A stretch of 64,000 bases of DNA from Mytilus trossulus. Taxonomy: Eukaryota. Positions 27,701 through 40,306 of the stretch are shown here, in pieces. The position numbers and the translations under genes are program-made. The notes beneath the pieces were generated by a model that saw only the letters and a program-made list of their open reading frames with translations, did no database searches and was not told the DNA's origin. The stretch is taken from positions 3,906,001 through 3,970,000 of the forward strand of contig NW_026963302.1 in assembly GCF_036588685.1 (NCBI RefSeq), given 5' to 3'. The stretch's first letter is position 1; each line of letters begins with the position of its first letter.

Positions 27701-29434
27701 AATATCTGCCTTCGAAGTTACTGATTTTTTTTGTAAAAATTCTAAATGATTTTTTACCAAATTTTATGTACATTCATTGTTATTGTACATTAGTTCTTAC
27801 TTCATTATTATACAATTATAGACAATTTGTTATTATAATTTCAGGAGAAAGTCCAAACGTGTGCAATAACCTCACAACATAAGAAGCAAAAATGTTGGCG
27901 ATTTTTAAGAAAGGTATATTCGAAAAATTATTAATAGAAAGCAAAACATTAATATCAAGATAATCAACTTTGTAATTTATTACTTCATATAACGACACCG
28001 TGTAATGTGGTTCAATTTTACTAACAAAATTGATAAAAAAAAATATCAACGTCAGATAATGTTATCCATTAGCATTTGTGAATAAAATGACGTTTTTCTA
28101 TTGTTAGGAGAGACTTTAAAAAGTAAAAAATAGTAAAATAGTCTGCAAACAGATATAAGAACTGATATCAAAGAATGCTTTCAATAAACATAATAATGGT
28201 AACTTCACATTGTAGGCAAATATTCCTAAACGCATTAAAACAAATATCTGCCTTCGAGGTTACTTATTATTTTTGAAAAAAAATCTAAATGATTTTAAAC
28301 ACGTTTTATGTACATTCATTGTTATTTGTACATTTATTCTTATTTTATTATTATACAATTAAAGACAATTTGTTATTATAATTTCAGGAGAAAGTCCAAA
28401 CGTGTGCAATAATCTCACAACATAAGAGGCAAAAATGTCGGCGATTTTTAAGAAAGGTATATTCGAAAAATTATTAATAGAAAACAAAACAACAATATGA
28501 AGATAATCAACTTTGTAATTATGATATTATATATAACGGCACCGTGTAATGTGGTTCAACTTTACTAACAAAATTGATAAAAAACAATATCAACGTCAGA
28601 TAATGTTAACCATAAGCATTTGTGAATAAAATGACGTTTTCTATTGTTAGGAGAGACTTTAAAAAGCAAAAAATAGTAAAATAGTCTACAAACAGAAATA
28701 AGAACTGATATCAAAGAATGCTTTCAATAAACATAATAATGGTAACTTCACATTGTAGGCAAATAATCCAAAACGCATAAAAACAAATATCTGCCTTCGA
28801 GGTTACTGATTATTTAAAAAAAATCTAAATGATTTTTAACAAATTTCATGTACATTCATTGTTATTGTACATTAATTCTTACTTCATTATTATACAATTA
28901 TGGACAATTTGTTACTATAATTTCAGGAGAAAGTCCAAACGTGTACCTTAATCTTACAACATAAGAAGGAAAAATGTCGGCGATTTTTAAGAAAGGTTTA
29001 TTCGAAAAATTATTAATAGAAAGCAAAACATCAATATCAAGATAATCAATTTTGTAATTATGATATTATATACAACTGCACCGTGTAATGTGGTTCAATT
29101 TTACTTACAAAATTGATAAAAAAAATATCAACGTCAGATAATGTTATCCGTAAGCATATGCGAATAAAATGATGTTTATCTATTGTAAGAAATACTGTAA
29201 AAAGTAGAAGCTAGTAACATAGTCTGCAAACAGAAATAAGAACTGATATCAAAGAATGATTTCAATAAACATAATAATGGTAACTTCACATTGTACGCAA
29301 CTAATCCTAAACGCTTTAAAACAAATATCTGCCTTCGAAGTTACTGATTTTTTTTTGTAAAAAATCTAAATGATTTTTAACAAATTTCATGTACATTCAT
29401 TGTTGTTGTACATTAGTTCTTACTTCATTATTAT
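18758..29434. repeat. ~540-bp satellite, block 2 (~20 monomers)
   Basis: Resumes at the exact base where block 1 was interrupted (gaTATTA|tatacaacggcc). Confidence 0.97.
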
Positions 29435-29944
29435 CAAATATTCGAAATAAACCAACAGAAGTCAATTTAGGAATACGATATACCAGATAAAAGATAACCC
29501 AAATTCGTTGAAATCCCTGTTAATATTTCCAACGACTCCAGATTACCTTCGTTGTACAAATGTGAACAAATTGTAAGACAAACTAATATATGATCATAAT
29601 ATAAAAAATAACAAATAGTAAGTTTGAATTTTTGGCAATTTTTTGTCATGGATTTATAAGGACAGTTCAACTATGTATCAACCGGCCAACGAATTTGCAT
29701 TCATCGACACTTTCTCATTAATGTCCAAGATAAAAACATTGAAGGGCAACCATCATATGTTTTCTCCAAATGGCGACTGGGCTACCAGACGCCAACTGTG
29801 ATAAATTCAGCCAAATGCTAGCAAACTTCGTTTGTGAGCATCGCCAAACAAAATTTATCAATCCATGACAAAAAATTCAACACTTAAACAAATTCTGAAG
29901 TTACATAGGTTTTCAACTCAACCATTTCAATTGAACTTAGTAAA

Positions 29945-30305
29945 TCAACCATACTTACAACAGTTCAACGTTGTAATCAACCATACTATAAAACAGTTGA
30001 ACGTAGTTTATCAATCATACTGTACAACAGTTCAACGTAGTATATCAACCATACTATACAACAGTTCAACGTATTATATCAACCATACTATACAACATTT
30101 CAACGTAGTATTAAACCATACTATAGAACAGTTCAACGTAGTATATCAACCATACTATACAACAGTTCAACGTAGTATATATCAACAATACTATAGAACA
30201 GTTCAACGTAGTATATCAACCATACTATACAACAGTTCAACGTAGTATATCAACCATACTATACAACAATTCAAGGTAGTTTTACAACTATACTATACGA
30301 CAGTA
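29945..30305. repeat. 34-bp minisatellite (~10-11 copies) inside Ngaro-2
   Basis: Unit atcaaccatactatacaacagttcaacgtagtat; acagttcaac occurs at 30027 and 30061. Confidence 0.9.
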
Positions 30306-30399
30306 CAAATATAAGCAACGTGTACAACTCAACATTAACTTGACCGGGTTCCTATGTTAAAACCAATTTGAAACTGAACTCTTATAAAGGATTTCTCAT

Positions 30400-31020
30400 A
30401 AATAGGTATAAAAGCGGACCATTATTTCCAGGTCGTATTTGCAAAAAAGTTATCAAACTACGTAAATGTAGAGGACACATCTCATTTGTTTATTTTTATC
30501 AACAAACTTTTAGAGTAATGGATCTCCCTTTTTTACAGTTTAGAAAAAAACTATAGTAATAAAAATCTGACTTTACATGATCAATATATATATCTCGCCT
30601 ATGTTCATCATGTGATGGAGTGGCAAGTTCATTCGCACGTAAAAATGCAGCAAATGCTGTTTGAAGCTTATAATTTTTATATTTCAATTTGCAACAATAG
30701 CCAAATTAACACAATGAAATTCATTTAAATGCATAAAAAAGATGACTAAAGCATAGGTATTATTTTTATATAAGTAATGTCAACTAATAAAACTTTGTCC
30801 CAATTATATGGCTATTTTGAAAATGTTCATGACTCATTTGAATAAACTGCACAACCACCTGCACTGTCAGCATACAAATGTAAATCAGCATTAGAAAAGA
30901 GTTCATTTACATTATATGTAAATTATCTTTTGTTAACTTCCTTTTGGGTTTTGTCTATTACCAGAGTTGTTTAGGAAAGGTGCAATGTCATTCCTATTAT
31001 AACTAGATGGATCAGTATCA
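30400..31020 (-). pseudogene. RNase H and YR fragments of Ngaro-2
   Basis: LHLYADSAGGCAVY (~30840-30900), TAFAAFLRANE (30499-30687) and MCPL...IRPGNNGPL (~30400-30485). Most of the RT is deleted. Confidence 0.7.
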
Positions 31021-31022
31021 AT

Positions 31023-31893
31023 TTAATTGTCCATAAATCGACGACATCTTAAGGAAGAGTGATCTAAACCACATTTGAGACATGTATGTCTGTATTGGCA
31101 ATTGCGTTTATTGCAAAAAACTTTGAAATTAAAATCGTAGCATTTATAAGTAACATCAGCGTGTTGTTGTTTTGAAGTATTGGCTGTTAAAATACGTAAC
31201 CACAAAAAAACCATCTATTGATGACCATTTCTATGTATGGTCCCTTGATACCCTTAAACGGAATTGTTGGTCATAAGAATAGCATTTTTCAAAAGAATGA
31301 TCAGCTGCTGCACCCCTTATGATGGACATATACGAAAAAAGTGCACTTGCCTTTCCAGGATACCTTTCGACAAGGACCTGGGCATAGGCAATAAATGAAT
31401 CAGTCCAATCTTCAACAGAACTTACAGTATGTTTTTTTTAAACTCTGTTTTGTATAACTAGCATACCCTCATTGATGCCAATTGTATTTTCGGTATTTGT
31501 TTGGCTGTTAAAATTCTTACGGTGCATAAGAGACAAATCAATGTATTCAAAATTCCAAATTTTGTCCTTAAGTTTTTGGCTTATAAATATGTCAACTTCA
31601 TTAAAGCCAGGTAACATTAGAGGTTCATCATAAACTTCATCTACCTCACCTAATGCAGCTAATTGTGGCTCATTCACTCGAATGTCAACAGGTCGCATGG
31701 CAACTACTTCGGGTTCATCAACCCGCTGTCTTCTTTCTATATATGCTTCTTGTTCTACATCAGCTGGTGGACGCCTTCCCACATTTCTCACAACTGGTTG
31801 TGGCTGTTGTACTTCCCTGGGAGCCCTCCTAACCCGAAGCTCTGGACCTCTAACCTGGTCCTGTCGGCGACGTCTTCCTCTACCTCTTGGCAT
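31023..31893 (-). pseudogene. Gag of Ngaro-2, frameshifted
   Basis: MPRGRGRRR...ISQKLKDKIWNFEYIDLSL, a shift at ~31438, then VEDWTDSFIAY...YMSIIRG...YDQQFRLR and the zinc finger CYDFNFKVFCNKRNCQYRHTCLKCGLDH. Confidence 0.85.
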
Positions 31894-32804
31894 TGTTATA
31901 ACTATTATAATCATAAATACAGATTAGATACATACATCAAGCTTTAAAGTTCAGATCATATTTAAACATGTATGAATTTAAAATAAGATAAATTGAAATA
32001 AATTGAAATACCAAAATGTTTACACTGCGTAATCTTAACTGAACTTTTGATACATTTTTATGCATCAAAACAATGGAAGTTGATTTAAAACATAACTCAA
32101 AACAGCTTTCTTAACAAAATAAATATCGTTTTGAAAACGTTTGATAGCTTCTATTACCAAGCTTAACTTAATTAAACTATGTTACCGCAAATTAAACACA
32201 CATGTATTAATCATGTAACGTTTAATAAAATTAAACGTTTCCGGTCATGTTAAATATAACACGGCACACACAACATACATTGTAATTACCTGTTCAAAGT
32301 GTATCGCTAATACATTTAAAACAAAATATATCACCGGTAGTAAAGCATTTAATTTTAATGCTAGTCAATGAAATATACGTGTGCACAGTGTAACATAACT
32401 ATTATTATTAGTTATAGTTTGTTCCGTGATATTTGCTATGCAAGTGAGAGAAAAATTGAATTAATGAATCGAACTGTTTGCAAGAAATAACTTTAATTAA
32501 AACTCAAATAATTTCTTTTACAAATTACAGAAATAAAATAATCCAGAAAATACAATTGCAGTAACTAATCTAACATCAATAAAACATGTTATTCAATAAT
32601 TTATATAATTTAATAGAAAAGTTACATAGAGCTCAATTTGAATAAAAAAGCATATTCACCGGCGAAAAAGGATATTCACCGCGGGAAATTGTGCAAGCGG
32701 TTTATTTTTAGATTTCGGGAATTTCCCTAATTATATTATCCAATGAAAATTAATCTGCTATTTCTCACGTGATCTTGTCGTCTGTCATTACAACGACAAC
32801 AAAA

Positions 32805-34744
32805 ATGGCAGGTGTTCACGACGAATCAACTGAAAATGTAAAAAAACCACGGTTTGCAAGTATAAATGACGACAAATATCAACAAATTTTAAGGGAAAAA
32901 GATTCAATCAACACCCAAAAAGCCACAAAAAGAGCAATAAAGCTATTCATAAATTATTTAGAGGAAAAAGACCTGCCGAGTGACATCGAAAATTACCCCG
33001 TCAATGAACTTGACAGAGTTCTCTCCAAATTTTATGCAGAAGCACGGAATAAAAATGGGGAACTTTACAAAACCACAACATTAAAGAACACCAGATACGG
33101 GATAAACATGTATTTAACTGAAAAAAGAGATATTGACATTATGAAAGACCCAGACTTTATGAAATCAAACAAAATGTTCAAGGCTATGTCGGTTCAACTG
33201 AAACGTGATGGATTAGGAGGGATTGAGCATTATCCACCCATTGAAGAGGACCATATTAAGACAATTTATAGTTCTCTAACACAAATGGATCCAGTGTCTC
33301 TTCAACAAAAGGTTTTCATAGATTTAATGCTGTACTTTGGTCGACGAGGACGGGAAAATCTCCGGGATTTAAAAGTAAAGGACTTTGAATTTTCAAAACA
33401 AGGTGGTGGTGACAAAGAACACAGATATATAAGAATACAACGGGATGAACTAACAAAAAATCACAAGGAAGATACAAATACTGCATTTGGAAAAATGTAC
33501 GAGGTGAAAGGTAGGTACAAAATAATTTTGACATTTAGTTACATTTGTAATCACTCTGAAGCAATCACTCAGTGTATATAAATACTAAAAAAGTTTTAAA
33601 AAATCCACCAAGTGATTGTTTAAACATTATGGCAAAAGATTGAAGTAAATAAGGCCGTCCGTAAAACAAAACAAAAGTAAATAAGACCGTCCATAAAACA
33701 AAACAAAAATAAATATTGATCAATTTGAACTCAGGTACTGTGCTCCAGTTTTTGGTGATACATTTGTACATGTACATGGACACGTTCTTATAAACAAATA
33801 CAAATTCAATATGGTAGTAATGAAAACACATTCAAAATGATAGTAATAACATCAAAACATGAGCAAAAATTTCTGTTATCTTAATTTGATTTATTTCATT
33901 GTGGTTTGAAGGTACACACTACATAGAGTAATACATGTATTTAAATATGAAAAAGGAAGATGTGGTATAATAGCCAATGAGATAACTCTTCAAGCATTTA
34001 ACTGTAATTTTGATTCATTATTGACCAGTTTCCTTTATTTTTCAGATGATGCTAAGTGTCCAGTAAAGAGCTTCATCAAGTACGCAACCAAACTCAACAC
34101 AAACTGTGAATATTTCTTTCAAAGGCCAAAAACCACCATAAATGATGACTGTTTGGTATGATGCAGCACCATTAGGACATAACACCCTAGGTGCTATGAT
34201 GCCGGCAATATGTGAAAAGGCCGGTCTCGGAAAAAGATATACTAACCATTCACTTCGTGCAACAACTGTCCATGTTTTGGATGAGGCTGATTTTGCTGGA
34301 AGGCATATTATGTCAGTAACGGGTCACAAAAGTGAAAATTCTTTAAAAACATATACCGGGTTTACATCAGACAGAGTACTACATAATATGTCAAACGTAA
34401 TTAGTGAAAGTCTTCGGACAGATGCTACACCTACAACTTCTACTGCTGCAGTTCCTGATCTTAATGTTGAAGATATGTTCCAAATTGAGAATGACAGTGA
34501 CATTATTGACTTCATGCTTTTGTCTGATTCGCAAATGAATAATTTATGCCAAGACATTACTAGTACTAACTCTTCACATGGACCGGTGGCTGCTTGTGAA
34601 CAGCAACAAGTAAATGTTAACAAAACAGCAACATATTCAAGCTATCCATGTATAAACAATTTTGGAAATGGATATCCAAATTATCCTGTCATTACAAACA
34701 ATTATGGGAATATCAATATCAACTACAATATCATTCCAAAGTAA
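32805..34744 (+). pseudogene. Crypton tyrosine recombinase, ~467 aa; exon 1 32805-33510, intron 33511-34045, exon 2 34046-34744, one +1 frameshift
   Basis: AAG|GTAGGT donor and ttcAG acceptor in phase 1. Motifs NTQKATK, FYAEARNKNGELY, FGRRGRENLR, TKNH, CPV, FQRP, HSLRAT, GHKS, Y. Confidence 0.85.
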
Positions 34745-35073
34745 ACTGTCTATAGACATTTTTATTGTTACATTGTGTAAAAGAACCTGTGATTATTTCA
34801 AAAACATCTTAATACCTGTTTCCAAGTCTGTTCTCTAATTTTTGCAAAATTAAATTTGTGTTGGTATTAAAAGATTAATTTCTTTTGATTATTATTCTTA
34901 CAAAAAAGGATATTTCAGGGAGATAACTTAACAATAACTATGAATAAATCATACAAATATCCAGTAAATTGCAAAAAAAAAACAACAAACAAATTAACAT
35001 GCACATACATATACATGTATATTGAAGAGTATCAAGGACAATACACTCTTTATTTTCTGTATTATTGAATAAA

Positions 35074-35222
35074 ACAATCATTGTCTTTTGTTTCGGTAAA
35101 TGTGTGGTTTTATTGACTTTTGAAAAAACTGATATTCACTTCGGCCGTTGGCCTCAGTGAATATCAGTTTTTTCAAAAGTCAATAAAACCACACATTTAC
35201 CTCACCAAAAGACAATAATTGT
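35074..35222. repeat. Terminal hairpin of Crypton copy 2
   Basis: 46-bp perfect arms spanning 35095-35201, plus an imperfect extension. Confidence 0.95.
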
Positions 35223-35467
35223 ATTTTATACTTATCTTATGTCCGAATCTCCTGTCCTTTTTGTGTTCCTTCAGAGTTCAAACCACGCAATGAACAAATC
35301 ACGAAAAGCATGCAATTTTATACCAAATAAAAGCGGGTAAATGTCTTATAAAAAATGTAGGTGAACAAAAGACGCTTAAGTCCGTCAAAATTAAAGAAAA
35401 GTTAACTCTAGTTTAGCAGACGATACTCTCAATTAATTAAATTGATTTAATGCTGAACGATTAAATC

Positions 35468-38400
35468 TTATTATACAATTATAGACAACTTGTTACTATG
35501 ATTTCAGGAGAAAGTCCAAACTTGTGCAATAATCTCACAACATAAGAATGAAAAATGTCGGCGATTTTTAAGAAAGGTATATTCGAAAAATTATTAATAC
35601 GAAGCAAAATATCATTATCAAGATAATCAACTTTGTAATTATGATATTATATACAACTACACCGTGTAATGTGGTTCAATTTTACTTACAAAATTGATAA
35701 AAAAAATCAACGTCAGATAATATTATCCATAAGCATAAGCGAATAAAACGACGTTTATCTATTGAAAGAAGAGACTTTAAAAAGTAAAAGCTAGTAACAT
35801 AGTCTGCAAACAGAAATGAGAACTGATATCAAAGAATGCTTTCAATAAACATAATAATGGTAACTTCACATTGTAGGCAAATAATCATAATCGCTTTAAA
35901 ACAGAGATCTGCCTTCGAGGTTACTGATTATTTTTGTAAAAATTCTAAATGATTTTAAACAAGTTTTATGTACATTCATTGTTATTGTACATTCATTCTT
36001 ACTTTATTACTATACAATTATAGACAATTTGTTATTATAATTTCGGGAAAAAGTCCAAACTTGTGCAATAATCTCACAACATAAGAAGGAAAAATGTCGG
36101 CGATTTTTTAGAAAGGTATATTCGAAAAATTATTAATAGAAAACAAAACATTAATATCAAGATAATCAACTTTGTAATTATAATACTTCATATAACCGCA
36201 CCGTTTAATGTGGTTAAATTTTACTTACAAGATTGTTTAAAAAAAAAATATCAACGTCAGATGATGTTATCCATAAACATTGTGAATAAAATGACGTTTT
36301 TCTATTTGTTAGGAGAGGCTTTAAATAGTAAAAGCTAGTAACATAATATGCTGACAGAAATGAGAACTGATATCAAAGAATGCTTTCAATAAACATAAAA
36401 ATGGTAACATCACATTGTAGGCAAATAATCCAAAAAGCATTTAAAAAAATATCTGTCTTCGAGGTTACTGATTATTTTTGTAAACATTCTAAATGATTTT
36501 AAACAAGTTTTATGTACATTCTTTGTTTTTGTACATTAATTCTTACTTCATTATTAATAATTATACACAATTTGTTATTATAATTTCGTGAGAAAGTCCA
36601 AACTTGTGAAATAATCTCACAACATAAGAAGCAAAAATGTCGGCGATTTTTTAGAAAGGTATATTCGAAAAACTATTAGTTAAAAGCAAAACATTAAGAT
36701 CAAGATAATCAACTTTGTAATTATGATATTATTTACAACGGCACCGTGTAATGTGGTTCAATTTTACTAACAAAATTGATAACAAAAAATATCAACGTCA
36801 GATAATGTTAACCATAAGCATATGCGAATACAATGACGTTTTTCTATTGTAAGAAGAGACTTTAAAAAGTAAAAGCTAGTAACATAGTATGCGAACAGAA
36901 ATAAGAACTGATATCATAGAATGCTTTCAATAAACATAATAATGGTAACTTCACATTGTAGACAAATAATCCTAAACGCTTTAAAACAGATATCTGCCTA
37001 CGAGGTTACTGATTATTTTTGTAAAAAGTCTAAATGTTTTTTAACAAATTTCATGTACATTCATTGTTATTGTACATTAATTCTTACTTAATTTTTATAC
37101 AATTATAGACAATTTGTTATTATAATTTCGGGAGAAAAACCAAACTTGTGCAATAATCTCACAACATAAGAAGGAAATATGTCGGCAATTTTTTAGAAAG
37201 GTATATTCGAAAAACTATTAGTAGAAAGCAAAACATTAAGATCAAGATGATCAAGTTTGTAATTATGATATTTTATATAACGACACCGTGTAATGTGGTT
37301 TAATTTTACTTACAAAATTGATATTAAAAATATCAACGTCAGATAATGTTAACCATAAGCATTTGTGAATGAAATTACTTTTTTCTATTGTTAGAAGAGA
37401 CTGATATCAAAGAATGCTTTCAATAAACATAATAATGGTAACTTCACATTGTACGCAACTAATCCTAAACGCTTTAAAACAAATATCTGCCTTCGAGGTT
37501 ACTGATTATTTTTGTAAAAAATCTAAATGATTTTAACAAATTTCATGCACATTCATTGTTATTGTATATTAATTCTCACTTCATTATTATGCAATTATAG
37601 ACAATTTTTTATTATTATTTCAGGAGAAAGTCCAAACTTGTCCTATAATCTCACAACATAAGGTGCAAAAATGTCGACGATTTTTAAGAACGGTGTATTC
37701 GAAAAATTATCAATAGAATGCAAAACATCAATATCGAGATAATCAACTTTGTAATTATGAATTGATATTATATACAACGGCACAGTGTAATGTGGTTTAA
37801 TTTTACTAACAAAAATTATTAAAAAAAATATCAACGTCAGATAATGTTATCCATAAGCATATGCGAATAAAATGACATTTATCTATTGTAAGAAGAGACT
37901 GTAAAAAGTAAAAGCTAGTAACATAATCTGCAAACAGAAATAAGAACTGATATCAAAGAATGCGTTCAATAAACATAATAATGGTAACTTCACATTGTAG
38001 ACAACTAATCCTAAACGCTTTAAAACAAATATCTGCCTTCGAAGTTACTTATTTTTTTTGTAAAAGTTCTAAATATTTTTTTACCAAATTTTATGTACAT
38101 TCATTGTTATTGTACATTAGTTCTTACTTCATTATTATACAATTATAGACAATTTGTTATTATAATTTCAGGAGAAAGTCCAAACTTGTGCAATAATCTC
38201 ACAACATAAGAAGGAAAAATGTGGGCTATTTTTTAGAAAGGTATATTCGAAAAATTATTAATAGAAAACAAAACATTAATATCAAGATAATCAACTTTGT
38301 AATTATAATACTTTATAAAACGGCACCATTGAATGTGGTTAAATTTTACTTACAAAATTGTTTAAAAAAAAAATATCAACGTCAGATGATGTTATCCATA

Positions 38401-40306
38401 AGCATTGTGAATAAAATGACGTTTTTCTATTGTTAGGAGAGACTTTAAAAAGTAAAAGCTAGTAACATAACATGCGGACAGAATTAAGAACTGATATCAA
38501 AAAATGCTTTCAATAAACATAATAATGGTAACTTCACATTGTAGACAAATAATCCTAAACGCTTTAAAACAGATATCTGCCTTCGAGGTTACTGATTATT
38601 TTTGTAAAACATCTGAATGATTTTAAACAAATTTTATGTACATTCATTGTTTTTGTACATTAATTATTACTTCATTATTATACAATTATAGACAATTTGT
38701 TATTAATACTTTAAGGGGAATGTCCAAATTTGTGCAATAATCTCAAGACATAAGAAGCAAAAATGTTGGCGATTTTTTAGAAAGGTATATTCGAAAATCT
38801 ATTAGTAAAAAGCAAAACATTAAGATCAAGATAATCAAGTTTGTAATTATGATATTTTATATAACGGCACCGTGTAATGTGGTTTAATTTTACTTACAAA
38901 ATTGATAAAAAAAATATCAACGTCAGAATATGTTATCCATAAGCATTTACGAATAAAATGACGTTTTTTTATTGTCAGAAGAGACTTTTAAAAGTCAAAG
39001 CTAGTAACATAGTCTGCAAAGAGATATAAGAACTGGTATCAAAAAAAGCTTTCAATAAACGCAATAATGGTAACTTCATATTGTAGACAACTTATCCTAA
39101 ACGCATTAAAACAAATATATTTCTTCGAGGTTACTGATTATTTTTGTATATTAAGGTAAAATGATTTCAAACAAATTTTATGTACATTCATTGTTATTGT
39201 ACAGTAATTCTCACTTCATTATTATACAATTATAGACAATTTGTGACTATAATTCAAGAAGAAAGTCCAAACTTGTGCAATAATCTCAAGACATAAGAAG
39301 CAAAAATGTTGGCGATTTTTTAGAAAGGTATATTCGAAAAACTACTAGTAAAAAGGAAAACATTTAGATCAAGATAATCAAGTTTGGAATTATGATATTT
39401 TATATATCGGCACCGTGTAATGTGGTTTAATTTGAAATACAAAATTGATAAACAAATATCAACGTCAGATAATGTTATCCATAAGCATTTACGAATAAAA
39501 TGACGTTTATCTATTGTTAGGAGAGACTTTAAAAAGTAAAAGCAGGTAACAAAGTCTGCAAATAGAAATAAGAACTGATATCAAAGAATGCTTTCAATAA
39601 ACATAATAATGGTAACTTCACATTGTAGACAAATAATCTTAAACGCTTTAAAACAGATATCTGCCTTCGAGGTTACTGATTATTTTTGTAAAACATCTAA
39701 ATGATTTTAAAAAATTTTTATGTACATTCATTGTTATTGTACATTAATTCTTACTTCATTATTATACAATTATAGACAATTTGTTATTAATACTTTTAGG
39801 GGAATGTCCAAACTTGTGCAATAATCTCAAGACATAAGAAGCAAAAATGTCGGCGATTTTTTAGAAAGGTATATTCGAAAATCTATTAGTAAAAAGCAAA
39901 ACATTAAGATCAAGATAATCAACTTTGTAATTATGATATTTTATATAGCGGCACCATGTAATGTGTGTAAATTTTACTTACAAAATTGATAAAAAAAAAT
40001 ATCAACGTCAGATAATGTTATCCATAAGCATTTGTACATAAAATGACGTTTTTCTATTGTCAGAAGAGACTTTTAAAAGTAAAAGCTAGTAACATAGTCT
40101 GCAAACGGATATAAGAACTGATATCAAAAGAATGCTTTCAATAAACACAATAATGGTAACTTCATATTGTAGACAACTAATCGTAAACGCATTAAAACAA
40201 ATATATGCCTACGAGGTTACTGATTATTTTTGTATAAGCTAAAATGATTTCAAAGAAATTTTATGTACATTCATTGTTATTGTACATTAATTATCACTTC
40301 ATTATT
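35468..40306. repeat. ~540-bp satellite, block 3 (~9 more divergent monomers)
   Basis: Same monomer. Phase is continuous with block 2 across Ngaro-2. Confidence 0.97.

Larger units (their letters stand above)
32588..35227 (+). mobile_element. Crypton copy 2, full length (~2.64 kb), nested in the Ngaro-2 5' leader
   Basis: Two-exon YR gene and a right-terminal hairpin. Left-end TTATTCAATAAT (32589-32600) is inverted relative to ATTATTGAATAA (35061-35072). Removing the element rejoins roughly aataaaacat+acttatctt, like aaaacaatacttatctt in Ngaro-3 (46400-46416). Boundaries are +/- a few bp. Confidence 0.8.
29428..35474 (-). mobile_element. Ngaro-2: decayed, internally deleted Ngaro-type element with nested Crypton
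   Basis: TTATTAT core duplicated at 29428-29434 and 35468-35474. Gag, RNase H and YR relics. No internal repeat module left. Confidence 0.8.

Noticed and set aside
29945-30305. 34-bp repeats resembling a CRISPR array
   Set aside because: Units are head-to-tail with no unique spacers, there are no cas genes, and the context is eukaryotic.
32805-34744. Domesticated host gene (KCTD1/ZMYM/QRICH1-like DUF3504)
   Set aside because: It has no BTB or MYM domains, retains the YR catalytic residues, has a terminal hairpin and is nested inside another TE, so it is a Crypton.
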